Shown: positions 51,420 to 63,578 of the stretch, piece by piece
Position numbering within the stretch: position 1 is the first letter of the stretch
Layout: each line of letters opens with the position of its first letter
Origin: Auanema rhodensis
Lineage: Eukaryota; Animalia; Nematoda
NCBI GenBank assembly: GCA_964057225.1
Contig: OZ059895.1
Coordinates: forward strand, 18,786,001-18,850,000
DNA length: 64,000 bases
Direction of reading: 5' to 3'
Program-made: the position numbers and the translations under genes
Notes under the pieces: model-generated
What the model saw: the letters and a program-made list of their open reading frames with translations, nothing else
What the model was told of the DNA's origin: nothing
Databases searched by the model: none

Positions 51420-51601
51420 TGCGTCTTTATTTTGTAGTAAAAAACTTATTAAAACACGAAAACCGGCACTCAAATCACAATTATATCGATATTAACTTGA
51501 ACATAATAAGTTATGCTTCTAAAAAATATAAATATGAATGTAATGTACAATAAACGAAATAAAAACATAAACTGTTTTTTGGCACTTATTTAGTGGAAAT
51601 T

Positions 51602-54600
51602 TCACCTAGACCCCTGGGTAAGAACCATAGCACATAGGTTACATATCCGTACTTTCTTTTCCTCTCCAAATTTTACAATTGGCATACTTGTAGGAGAACA
51701 AACTGAGCAAACTACACGTCCACAGTGTCTGAAAAAATTGTTGTTTTCGTGATTTTGGAAGTTTAGAGTTTGTAGCTCACCGGCAATGATGCTTTCTCTG
51801 AGTTATTGAGAATTTGGCTCCACAATCACATGCATCTCCCTCGGACCAGCGAGGTTCCCGATCTAATCCCTCTTTAACGAAAATAAATTAGAAACATTAT
51901 TATTACAACTACTTACCTAATAAAGCAAAGAGCAATTGCTTAGTAGGCATCTCATATGTAAACACAGTAATTCCTTCGATATTTCTTGCACCCATTGAAG
52001 CGCCTCGTCGTAATAGTGATCGACAAACAGCTGCATTTCCATTCATATAAGCAACTAACAAAGCTGAAAAACAATATTATGGAGCTGCCACAATTGAAAC
52101 CAGATAGATTACCTGTATTTCCAATTTCATCTCTAGCTTCAATGAAGTTTACAAAGTCTTTTTCATGACAACGCCCAACGTCAGCATTCAGAATCATCTC
52201 ACAGAAGTCTCCGGCTGTATGACAATCCTCAACTTTGTTGGGTGCTAACGTAGCACAGAGATGTAACACGGTTTGGTTTCTAAAGATTTAGAAAATGAAG
52301 TTTTCAGAAAGGCTAAAGTCTTAAAATTACAGTTTATTAACAGCGTGAATGTTAACAGCTCCTTCAGTCAACAAAGTTCTAGCACAAGCAACACTTCCAT
52401 TTCGTACAGATGTGAGGAATGCTAAATATATTCACATTAGAGCCAAAACTTCAAGCACGAAATTGCAACCTGTATCCCCTCTCTCGTCAATAATCTCAGT
52501 TGAAGCCCGATTTTCCAAGAGAATATTCAACAAATCTGCTCTATGAGCTCGTGCAGCATCATGTAGCGGGGTACTTCCATCAGAAGTACGAGCATCTATC
52601 ACACATCCAGCCAATATCTAGAGACTTTGTCATCAACTTTTACGAGAATATATGAAATCGATACCAAATTTCTCATAATTAATTCGTTTTCAGCCAAAGT
52701 TGCTAAATGGAGAGCAGTGCGTCTACTAGAATCCTGGGTGGTTCTTGTAGGATCAGTATGAGTTCCAAGAAGAAATAAAACACTTTCTAGATCATTAGTT
52801 CTGACAGCTACGTGCAAGAGATTTTCCCCTAAAGATTATGAAGATTTCAAAATAAAATTTCTCGACAAGAAGATTATTCTAAATGAACCCAATTACCGTT
52901 TCCATTGGTTTGAAGAGCAGCATGCGGTTGGCGATGAACAATTTCAGCAGCAGCCTACAATCCGGAAATACTTCAATATTGCGGTTAATTAAGTCAAACC
53001 TTATGATCGCGACGAGATATAGCCAGAGAAAGAGGAGTTTGGCCTAATTTATCTCGAATACTTATGAAGGGAACATCAGGGGCTTCGAGCAATGCAGTGA
53101 GAGCCTCAGAATTTCCTTCCCTGATCGCTATATGGCAAGCAGTTCGTCCGTCCACATCCTGAAAATATCAAATTTTCGGTAACGAATTTCATATTAAGTA
53201 TTCACTTGAGCAGTTAAATCAGCAGATTTTTCAACTAACGCTCGAACTACATCAGATAATCCCCAAGCCACAGCCATATGAAGTGGCGTTTGACCATCAT
53301 CATCAGCTGCATTTTTAAACTTCTTCTTGGCATTCACATCGCATCCACTTCAAATACTACTAATTGTAGGATATTAATTCAGAACTGAATCAAACTTATT
53401 AATAAGGAAAATTGCTGCTTTTTGATTTCCGAGATCGAGCATGTGATGTAAAAGGCTTTGCTCGCAATCATCGCACATTGTCCAAGATTCCAAATCACAC
53501 CCAAAGGATACGAGCAGACTAGCACATTCAAAATGTCCTGAAGTGTTAATCTTTTAAGTTTTGGTTTAATTTAGTTTTACTCAAACCAGAAGAAATTGCT
53601 CTTTCCAGCACGCCGAAACCATTACCACCAACAGACCTCTCATTGACGTTAGCACCAGCTCCACAGAGCGCTTTTACAGTACCATTCATGCCTAATGATA
53701 AAGCAATTTCTAAACAACTAGCCCCAGCTAAATCTCTGAAATTATTGCAAAACGTATATAAAATATACATCGTTTTCAAATTACCTTGATGTATGATTAG
53801 CTTTGTGAGAAAGTAAAAACACTGCCACATTATCAATTCCCTCTTTTACAACTTGCAAAAACAAATTTTCCCCATTTGAGTTTTGCTCATCAACGGGAGC
53901 TCCCCCTTAAACATAGGCTAATGCTTTTGGTTGAATAAATCAAACCTGCTATGATTATTTCAGCACTAGCAAAATTTTTGGTTTCTAATGCTAATTTAAG
54001 TGGGGTTCTATCTTGTTTATCACGAATTGACCAATCAATATCTGTTTGAAAAATGTTTACAAATACATTTATGTTTATATATACCTTTAGACAGTTTTTG
54101 TAAAATTTCAACAGCTTCAACATCTGTTTTGATTGCAACATGAAGAGGTGTGTCATTTTCGCTGTTCAATACATTACTATCAATATTGGAAGATAAAGTT
54201 GTTACAAGAAGCTTTCGAGCATTTTCTTTATCTGTTTTGAACATATCAATGATAGAATGAAGCAAATAAGACCCCTAATTATATAAAATTAATATAAATA
54301 AGGAAAAGAACAAAACCTGGCTGTTTTTGATACTTAAGTTAGGCTTAAAAGAAACCACAAAATTGAAAGCTTCAGGATCATGTATTAAATGAAATAAGAG
54401 CGGATCTAAAACAAAATTACAAACCGTAAAAAGGTATTCCAAATCCAAATACCTGATTGTACCATTTGATTAACATCGGCCCCTTTCTTGATTAAAGCTT
54501 CAGCAATAGTGAGCCGTTTTTTTTTTGCCAATGAATACCATAAACAAGTTCCATCTTTTTTGTCTATTTTATTAGGATTAGCACCGTTTTCAAGTAATTT

Positions 54601-56328
54601 CATTATCAATGCTTCCATATATGAATTCTCATTCAAACATGCTAAACCTAGCGCTGTTCTGAAAATGCATCATCACATGAATAAAAGCGAAATTCGATTT
54701 TACCTATTCAGTAAATCAGAAGCTGTACATGTATAATCAAGATCAGAGTGAGGAATAATAGATAAACTCCAGTTAAAAAGTTCTTCCGAGATATTTGACT
54801 TAAATAACATTATAATACAATATAATAAAACGATATCCATACTTGTGCAATAATTTGTAAAGGTGATGGGCAATCAACTTGTGAAGGTGTCAAAGCTACA
54901 TTCTTGGAAACCAGAAATGTACAAGCATCAACGTTTTCTTGAATACATATATAATTATAATATTAACGTTACTTATTACTTACTGGATTTAACCATTTTG
55001 TTGATTAAAGTTTCATTGGTTTTAGAAATATACAAATTTACATCAGCTCCATGCTCAATTAATTGATTAGCAATATTGAAGCTTTTGAGGTTCAAAGCTA
55101 ACTCTAGTGGTAGCATTGAAGCAGAAACATCATTTAGGATTGTTTTTAGCTGAAGAAAACAAAAATTGCATTACTATTTCTCAATCAAAACCTGTGAATC
55201 CTTTTCTATGAAAAACAAAAACAGAACATCTTCTCTTTCTAGCTCAATAATGGAATTTAGAACATTGGAAGAATTTCTATACAAAAAAAATTTATTAGCA
55301 ATTTAAATATATCTAACCCTTTCAGTAACCGAAACAGTAAGGTTGCAGACAATGAACTAAAGTGATCCTTAGTGAAATCATCCCAACGAGCCGCAACCAA
55401 AGCAGCACAGTTATCTCTCAAATCACATTTAATATAATTTTTTATTTATTTGTGATTCTGTTTGTGAATAAACAAAAAGTTTTCGAGTATTTTGCTTCGT
55501 ACGTGATTATTATTTTCATATGCTAATAAGTTGTACATAATTTGATACGTGAATCCTACGTGAATCCTACGTGAATCCTACGTGAATCCTATATCAACAT
55601 TTTATTTTTTTCACAACAGTCCAAAAACCGGTTGACTTTCTCATTTTCATATTCAATTAAGAAATTAATATTACCTCAATTTAGAGAAACCTTCCCTATC
55701 AGCGAATTCGAATATAGGAACACAATTAGAAATATCCAATCGAGTGGTGAGCAAATGTTCAGCTCTTGAAAATGCATAGAATGAATTGATTGGTGAGATA
55801 TCTAACTCACAATTCTTGTAATTGAGAGAACTTATATTTAGACGAGAATTCAGCAACTTTCAACAATATATTATCATCGATTTCATCCAAACTATCTGTA
55901 TACATCCACTTATATACAACATCGAAAGCTACGGAGGTAATTCCTATAATACCAACTGTCAAGCTTCCAGTAAAACATGCTAACCTTCAAACACAATATT
56001 TTCCCTGTTTTCTAAATCATTAAAATATTGAGTACGAACAGATATGATAAATTTATGACCAGGATAAGTTAAGCCGTCAATTTCCAAAGTTAAATCACTA
56101 AATTTGAAAAAAAGATCTACTTATCATATTTTATTCAAACCTGAACTTGGGCTGACTAAACAAGCCATTGGAAAATTGAACTAATTGACTGGCAAAACCT
56201 TTTGAAGTACTTTTGCCAACAGTAGATAATAATAAATCATGATTTTTTTGCAGTTCTGTATACTTTGATGATAATAATAAATGTTCTGCCCGTAATAAAT
56301 CAAAATGGCTTCGATTTCCCGTTTCCAT
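51602..56328 (-). CDS. ANKFY1: Rabankyrin-5 (BTB/BACK, ankyrin repeats, FYVE)
   Basis: N-terminal coiled coil, BTB (SDL..GHKFII...YKWMYTD), many ankyrin repeats (TPLH.A), C-terminal LDREPRWSEGDACDC...RKHHCRHCGRVVC FYVE finger. Confidence 0.92.
55546..55591. repeat. Tandem repeat (TACGTGAATCC)x4 in an ANKFY1 intron
   Basis: Four perfect 11-bp units read directly. Confidence 0.92.
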
Positions 56329-56735
56329 TTCTGAAATAATCAATCTTTCATTATAAAAAAGCTAAATGAAAGTATAATAAATAATTTGATTTGACAGAAA
56401 AAGTTTATAAATCTTTTTTGTAATTTTTGAATACGGTGGATTTATAGATGTGAAAAATGACATAGTGAATATTCACCCGGGGTTTCAAAAGACACTGATA
56501 TAGATTTTTAGATTAATGTGAATAATGTGAGTAATAGCATATAGTTAAGTGCTTGTATAGTTTATCTGTAACATTTGATCGAAATTGTTTATCCTAACTC
56601 CAATCGATCAAAGATCAAATGTCAGTATTTATAGAAGTGCAATAATGCTGTTATATTAGTATCATTCGTTAGTTCTAGTTTTTTGTTACCTGTTCATATG
56701 TTCTGCTAAAAATTATATTTTATTATTATAGAAAA

Positions 56736-58619
56736 ATGAGACCTGAAGATAATTATGAATCCGTTTTGGCTTCACGCTATTGTAAACGAAGCCCTTTAAT
56801 TAAGATATTATCTGAGAAGAACAAGGTATATTCATTACTTTGTTACCTATTTTAATAATATGAAATGTGTTAGGCAATCCTATGGAGACAATTATGGATC
56901 TGGCTGGCTGAGGCTGAATTTGAACTAGGATTAAAGCAGGTAAATTTTATTTATTGGGTCTGAAATCTGGTTATCTTCTAGATTACAACGGAAGCTATTG
57001 ATGAAATGAAAGCCAATCGGGATATCCTGGATTGGGACGCTATTCGTGATGAAGAACGAAAATTAAAACATGACGTAATGGCGCATAACCACTGCTTTGG
57101 AAAGGTAGTATTTTTGAATTTAGTTGGAAGATAAATTTGTCTTCTCAGGTTTGTCCCAAAGCTGCAGGCATTGTTCATCTAGGTGCAACATCTTGCTATG
57201 TTCAAGATAATGCTGATCTTATTGTTATCAAGCAATCCGTGGAACATCTTTTGAACAGGTTATACTATTTTGCTCTTCTTTTTTTTTAATATTCTTATTT
57301 GATAGAGCAGCCACTGTTCTTTCAAGAATGTCTGATTTTGCCGAGCAACACAAGAGCACCGTTACAGTTGGAAGAACACATTACCAAACTGCTTCACTGA
57401 CCACTATTGGAAAAAGAACCACTATTTGGGCTCAAGAACTACTCACTTCTTTCAAACAAGTATTACATGAAGTTTCTTTTCTAACTTTCTCATGCTTATT
57501 TAGCTTGAGCATTTCTATAAGGGTATGCGTTTCCGTGGAATCAAAGGTGCTACGGGCACCCAAGATTCATTCATGACGTTGTTCCACGGGGATGAAGAAA
57601 AGGTTGAGAAACTTGATGAATTGGTTACTGCCAAAGCTGGTTTCGGGCTCAAGTTCAATATCACTGGTCAAACTTATTCACGACAGCAGGATGTTCAATT
57701 AATATTCGCTCTATCAGCTATTGGAGCTACTATCAAAAAAATTGCTTTAGATATTAGAATGTTACAAACTATGGGAGAACTTCTTGAGCCATTTGAGAAG
57801 GTATGTGATAAAGCTTTACTTTTATTCTTATCTGTCATTCTAGGATCAAATCGGATCATCCGCTATGCCTTATAAGAAAAATCCAATGAAGAGTGAGCGT
57901 TGTTGCGCCTTTGCTAGAAGCCTTATCCATGCTCCTCAGGCATGTTTTGAAAGTTATCACCTAATTTAGAAATACTTTACAGGAAGCTTTGAGCATTTTC
58001 TCTGATCAAGGCCTGGAAAGAACATTAGATGATTCAGCAAATAGAAGAATGCTTCTCCCTGATACCATTTTAACTACTGAAGCTCTTTTAACAACTTTCC
58101 AAGTATGCTTGATTCAAGTTTTCGTATTGTTAAATATAACTTAATTCAGAATATTTTCGAAGGAATATCAGTTCAAACTGAGAATGTTGCTCGTATTGTT
58201 CGTGACGAATTGCCATTTTTAGCTTTAGAAAAAGCAATGATGTGGATGACAGAAGAAGGAGTTGACAGACAAAAAGTAGAAATTGATTTATGATTTTAAA
58301 AATTAAATGAGAAATTCGATTAGGCTCATGCGGTGATACGCTCTACAGCTCTCGCTGCGAAGGAATTACAAGCTACTCAAGTTATTGACATCAATTTTAT
58401 GCTGGCAGATCAAATTTATAATTCGGTTAGAGTGTTTTTCTTTTGGTAATGTTTTTCTTGTTTCAGGTGCGTGAGCGGGTTATTGCTTTGGTCGACTCCC
58501 CATTATCTTTCACCGGGCGTTCAGTATCCCAAACAGAACGATTCTTGAAGAATGAATTAGCACCTTCCATTGCTCCTTATCTTACTGGTACAACCGAGAA
58601 AGTTTCTTTAGATGTTTAA
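56736..58619 (+). CDS. adsl-1: Adenylosuccinate lyase
   Basis: [53 protein letters not shown], signature [31 protein letters not shown]. Confidence 0.97.
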
Positions 58620-58780
58620 ATGTTTATATTCAATTCTTATATTTCATGTTATAGTTTATAGTAAACTCTTTGTTTGAAAAAAGTATTTGTTATTGATGAA
58701 GTTATGAATCTTTTTATACTTTCTGCTTAAAATAACATTTTATAAGCTATGAATTTGAGCCTTTGTGCTATTAAGATCTC

Positions 58781-59658
58781 ATGGTGTTGCAATTACTTCC
58801 GCTATTCCCAGAAGAAGACGATGATATTGAGGTAACATTCGAACATGCTTACAGACCTTCAGTAACGAACCCTAATACATATGTATCGGGATATTGCGAA
58901 GAAAACGTATATAGATTGCTAGCCCATCGGTTGGATTGTTTAGAACCAGCTCATTATCAAAGAGACAGGTTCTCATGTTCCTTTCTTTCATTCATTCAAG
59001 AATTATTTATTCAGAGATTTTGTAAAAAACTTGACAAATTTGGGAGAGAGATTCTTCGTTATATGCATATCAAATTCAGTTCGAGTTGTTCCATTTTTTG
59101 CGCAAAGATTAATGCCAAATGGGTAACTATACAAATTATAAAAAATGAAAAAATAGTTCAATTCTAGATCTTATGTAATGTGGGATTATCATGTTGTTCT
59201 AATGGAACATACTAATGAAGGAACAGTCATTTGGGATTTTGATAGTTTGCTACCATTTCCTTGTGATTATGATACGTATTTTAAAACATCTCTAAATGAT
59301 AATGGTAAATGTCAAGTCCCTGATCGATGGTCGAGGTTTCATATGCTTTACTATACGTTATACGAGAACTTCTCAATTTTTTAGATATTTTCGGTTCATA
59401 CCCGCAAGAATATACTTGAGATACTTCAGTTCCAACCGAATCCACATGCAAAAAGGAGAAAAATGGATATCACCTCCACCAAAGTGGCCAATTATATATG
59501 ACGAAAGCCTAGGCAATAATCTTGATCAGTTACTGTCTACAAGGCAAACTGATTTTCCTCACCCTTCCTTGGTTGTAGACGAAGGTCTTATATTCGATCA
59601 AATTGAAATTGCACGACCGTTAGGTCTGCTTAATTTAAGTACATCAAGGTTTCTGTGA
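58781..59658 (+). CDS. NTAQ1: Protein N-terminal glutamine amidohydrolase (NTAQ1/WDYHV1)
   Basis: YVSGYCEENVYRL (catalytic Cys), WDYHV (His), IWDFDSLLPFP (Asp), FSSNRIHM...W.SPPP.WP.I. Confidence 0.92.
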
Positions 59659-60190
59659 GGCATACAAATGAATTCAAGATTGTAATAATTTGAAAAGAAA
59701 CTCATATTTCTACTCTATTTCTATTAATAACAATATGTATTTATATCGAAAACATATAATTTATATTTATACTTGAATACTCTTATAGCTTGTAATTGTT
59801 CACATCGTATTATCCACAATAAAAGTTTACATGAATTTGTCTGTTGTTTAATTCAAATCCTTAGATAAAGGTCATGAGTAGGAACAATTTTTTTGAGTTA
59901 GTGACTTAGTCACAGAAGAACCTTTTATATCTTAACTGTTCTCCCATTGCCATATTTAGTATGCCAACAAGAAAATACCCTTTAGAACAATCAGAAAAAG
60001 AGAATTATGATAGACTATTAAACCTTTTATCGAAATGTCTACTTTAGGCTCTCATATACACATGTACTTTCAAAATTGGTGGGTAAATTAGTAGTATATA
60101 TACGAGGGATTATAATACCATTTCGACATCTCAGCCGTTTTAGACACATTTTCATTCTTTGAAGTCAGAAAATCACCTCATTTACAACAC

Positions 60191-60408
60191 AAAATAAAAG
60201 ATATAATACATTATTTTGACTCTTTCGGATTAGATCCTCCTTTAGAACTTCAAGAATATTTGAAGGCCTCAAAAAAAGAAGATAAAATAGAACTTTCAAC
60301 ATTTCAAATTCAAGAATTCAATACACATCACTGTGGCAATTACTGTTTACTATTCCTTAAATTATTAGAAAAATATGAATTTCAAAAATTAGTAATCGAT
60401 CTGATGTG
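60191..60408 (+). pseudogene. C-terminal half of an adenovirus-type (adenain) cysteine protease of a Maverick
   Basis: KDIIHYFDSFGLDPP...FQIQEFNTHHCGNYCLLFL. The upstream catalytic His segment is missing and the fragment abuts the left TIR. Confidence 0.8.
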
Positions 60409-61500
60409 AATACCATCATCCATTACAACACCTTTTGGATACACTGGAGATAAACTGGTTTTATTCAATTCATAAGTTTTCATATCAATAAATCTAAAAC
60501 CTTTGTTCCTTCCATTAATCAACTCATTATTCATTAAGCAACTGAGGTATTTCTCTTTAGTTAATTTGTTTTTATTTCTATCTTTTTTGATTCCTTTGGT
60601 TGAGAGTTTATTCTCTTTATCATTCCAAACAAAATAAATCTTACTGTTCAACGCAACCATCCCTTCAAATTCAACTTTGAATAAACCTGGGGTTCATTTA
60701 TCAAATGTTTTGAAATTTGGTCTAGGAAAAAACTTATATTTGTTGTTTTCGAATTCTTCTCTCAAATGTGGTTTAATAATACTTTCAAAATTTCCCGAAA
60801 TAGCCATATACGATGAATCTGTTTCCATTTCTAATCGTTGATAATCTTCTCTAGGTATAATTGAATTGCAACATTTTCAACTTAGAATCATCGTACTGCT
60901 TGCTTAACTTTTTTCGATTTCTTAACCACTTCATATGTTTCATCATATTCTTCATCATCATAGTAAAAATAATCATTTTTAGCTCTATTGAATTGTTTTA
61001 TCGAAGTACGTATTAGCATCAAATCCAACTGATTTCTTAACTGTTTTACCTTCTTTATCATAATACCATTCCTTTTTATTTTTATTGTAGTGTGCTCTTG
61101 TAATTTGTGTTTTATCTTTTTCATGATATCTATGAAATACTATTGAAGCTCCGCCAGTTATATTACTTTTAAATTTATAAAATTCTTCTTAATTTTCTTC
61201 TCCAAAAAGCCAAATCATAGGATGATCTTTTTCCCATCTTAGAAGAGCTTTATGTCTATAAAACTCTTTGAATAATTTATCGGATATCGATTTATCACAA
61301 GAAATACAACATGCAACACAATTATCTTTTGTATGACTCTTGGAACAATCAAGTCTATCAAGAAAAAGTAACCAATAATAGAAACATTTATAATTTTCTC
61401 TTTTCAAAATGTTAACAACGTCTTCAACTTGTAAAATATCATCTGTTAATCTATTTTTGATATATTTTTATAATACCACTTGATGTAATAAATTGACATC
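60382..61500 (-). pseudogene. Fragmented protein-primed family B DNA polymerase (pPolB) with an HNH-like segment
   Basis: LDRLDCSKSHTKDNCVACCISC; NITGGASIVFHRYHE...VGFDAN; METDSSY; DK*TPGLFKVE; SKIY...STKG; GVVMDDGIHI. Contains stops, frameshifts and internal deletions. Confidence 0.85.
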
Positions 61501-63028
61501 CATCAATTTTGTAAAAAGTATGAAAATGACATGAAAATATAACATATAAGCATTAAAATAGGAAATTAAAAATGAAATCGACTTCTCAACAGAAAAGAGA
61601 TCGAAAACGTATAGAAATTATCAAAGATAAGCACTTTTTAGTGCTTCGAAAATTCACTTCTTTTTCATTTTTTTCAAAAAAGTGTTGTAAATGAGGTGAT
61701 TCTCTGACTTCAAAGAATGAAAATGTGTCTAAAACGGCTGAGATGTCGAAATGGTATTATAATCCCTCGTATATATACTACTTAAATTCTTAGACACTGA
61801 AGAAGCGAAAAGTCGGAAATTCTTCTAACAAACACAACTGGCTTTCTGCTAACAAGAGGGGGTTTCTGGATATTGCACGAGTTTACTAATGTGCAAGCTT
61901 CACCAGATTATTCAGAGGATTCATTTAAATTTTTCCGAAAATCTGCAAAAAAACCGAATTTAAAATAGGATTGAGAAATTGATGAATCAGGAGATGTAGT
62001 CATTTATTATCCATGAATATCGTAGATGACACTCTTATTTTATTTTATTTTTTGGTTAACAAGATATCCTGTTATGTACGATGTGATTTACGAATAGATA
62101 TATCTTCTTCAAGAATTTTGTTCTAGTCTCCAATCTGCAGAAGATGCGGAGCCAATTGATAAAGTTGAGGGTTGAATCGGATTGGAGCGACGCAGTATGA
62201 GGAAAGGTATCAATAGTTCAACGATTTACTCGTTGATTTTGTAACGTTGTGATGTCTAATCAAGCTTTCTTCCTATGTTTTTTGATTTTTGAATTTTTAC
62301 TTTTCCTTAAAAACAAATGGTTAAGAACAGCAGAAGCGGATGATCATCATATAATTTGTATATTTCAATTTGCATTATTATGAATTAAATTTTTAAAATG
62401 TCTATATTGTACTCTAAATTTACACTCTTCAATAACACGATAAACAATAACATGTTTTATGCATGATCAGTCGGCAAACGAAATCCAAATAAGGGACAGC
62501 CTGGATCTGGCTAGAACACATATTTCATAAAAAAATTTGAAGGAGCTCTGCCGTCACGTGTCAGAAGCTGTCATAAGCGTGTTGATTTAAAAATCAGTGA
62601 TTCACATGATGATGGCCGTGATCGATAATGAGATGATACAGTAAATTCACATGAACAGATGGAATTGTTATGAAATAAAAACATTATTATTTATCTTATT
62701 ACCAGATATTGTTTTAGTAAATGCAGAAGAAAATGTTCGAATTTTCACTTGACATAAATGTGGAAGAGTGCTTACGCACGGGTAAAGAAAGTGGTTGATA
62801 GTTGGGTGGTGGCATCGTACAGAGTGTGTCTTTGAGTGGAAAATTAAAGAAAAACAATAATGTATATAATGATGGAAAACTGGTTGATCTAGGGTTAGAT
62901 AAAGTATTAACTTTTCCGATTAAATTGATAATTAACTAAGATGACAACCGTCTTCTGGGCGACAAGCAGGCAGAAAAGCAGACGGAGTTGTTATAAAAGT
63001 TTTTCGTAGTAGTTGATTAAGAATGGGT

Positions 63029-63578
63029 TTAGTATTCTAAGCTATCATACAGATCATAACCAAAAGATGATCGTTTTCCAAATCTCATCCATTTAGCATC
63101 AGGTGAACGCTTTCCAAACCTGAAATATGCTATTTTTAATTTTTATTGAATACTATTATGGATATAGCTTATTAAAATATTATTAACTATAATATCAATT
63201 TCGTTTTAAATGAAATATGTTGGGGGAAAATATTTTTCTTTTCTGACAAGTATCGGTCAGATTTCAGTTCTAATGCCATTCTTAGTTTGATCTTTTTTTT
63301 TTGAAGAGAGTAAAATAAGGACGGTCAGCCTACCTCATCCACTTAGCGTTTGGAGATCTCTTTCCAAAACGCATCCATTTAGCATTCGGGGATCGTTTGT
63401 CCAAATCATTCTGAAGTATCATATCAAATTATTTATTTCATTTTTTGATCTTTTTTTTCTATGACTCAATTAAACATAACATGCTGCTTACCTCGGTAAG
63501 AGTGACATCATCGTCTTGAGCTGATACAACGTAGGCCAAAAGAGAGCACAGTAAAGCAATAACGGCGAACCGATTCAT
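63029..63578 (-). CDS. flp-22: FMRFamide-like neuropeptide precursor (KWMRFamides)
   Basis: Exons 63578-63492, 63410-63334 and 63119-63029 give a signal peptide plus [38 protein letters not shown]. Confidence 0.93.

Larger units (their letters stand above)
60090..61782. mobile_element. Miniature (1693 bp) internally deleted Maverick/Polinton, element 2
   Basis: 101-bp TIRs (60090-60190 / 61682-61782) with 1 mismatch and AGTAGT termini. 6-bp TSD TAAATT at 60084-60089 and 61783-61788. Contains pPolB and adenain-protease remnants. Confidence 0.93.

Noticed and set aside
55546-55591. CRISPR-like or telomeric repeat
   Set aside because: The units are contiguous without spacers, the context is eukaryotic, and the unit is not TTAGGC.
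50437-61782. One large composite Maverick carrying ANKFY1, adsl-1 and NTAQ1 as cargo
   Set aside because: Each small element has its own matched TIR pair and its own TSD (TGCGTC vs TAAATT). The outer ends do not share a TSD, and the enclosed genes are ordinary intron-rich host genes.
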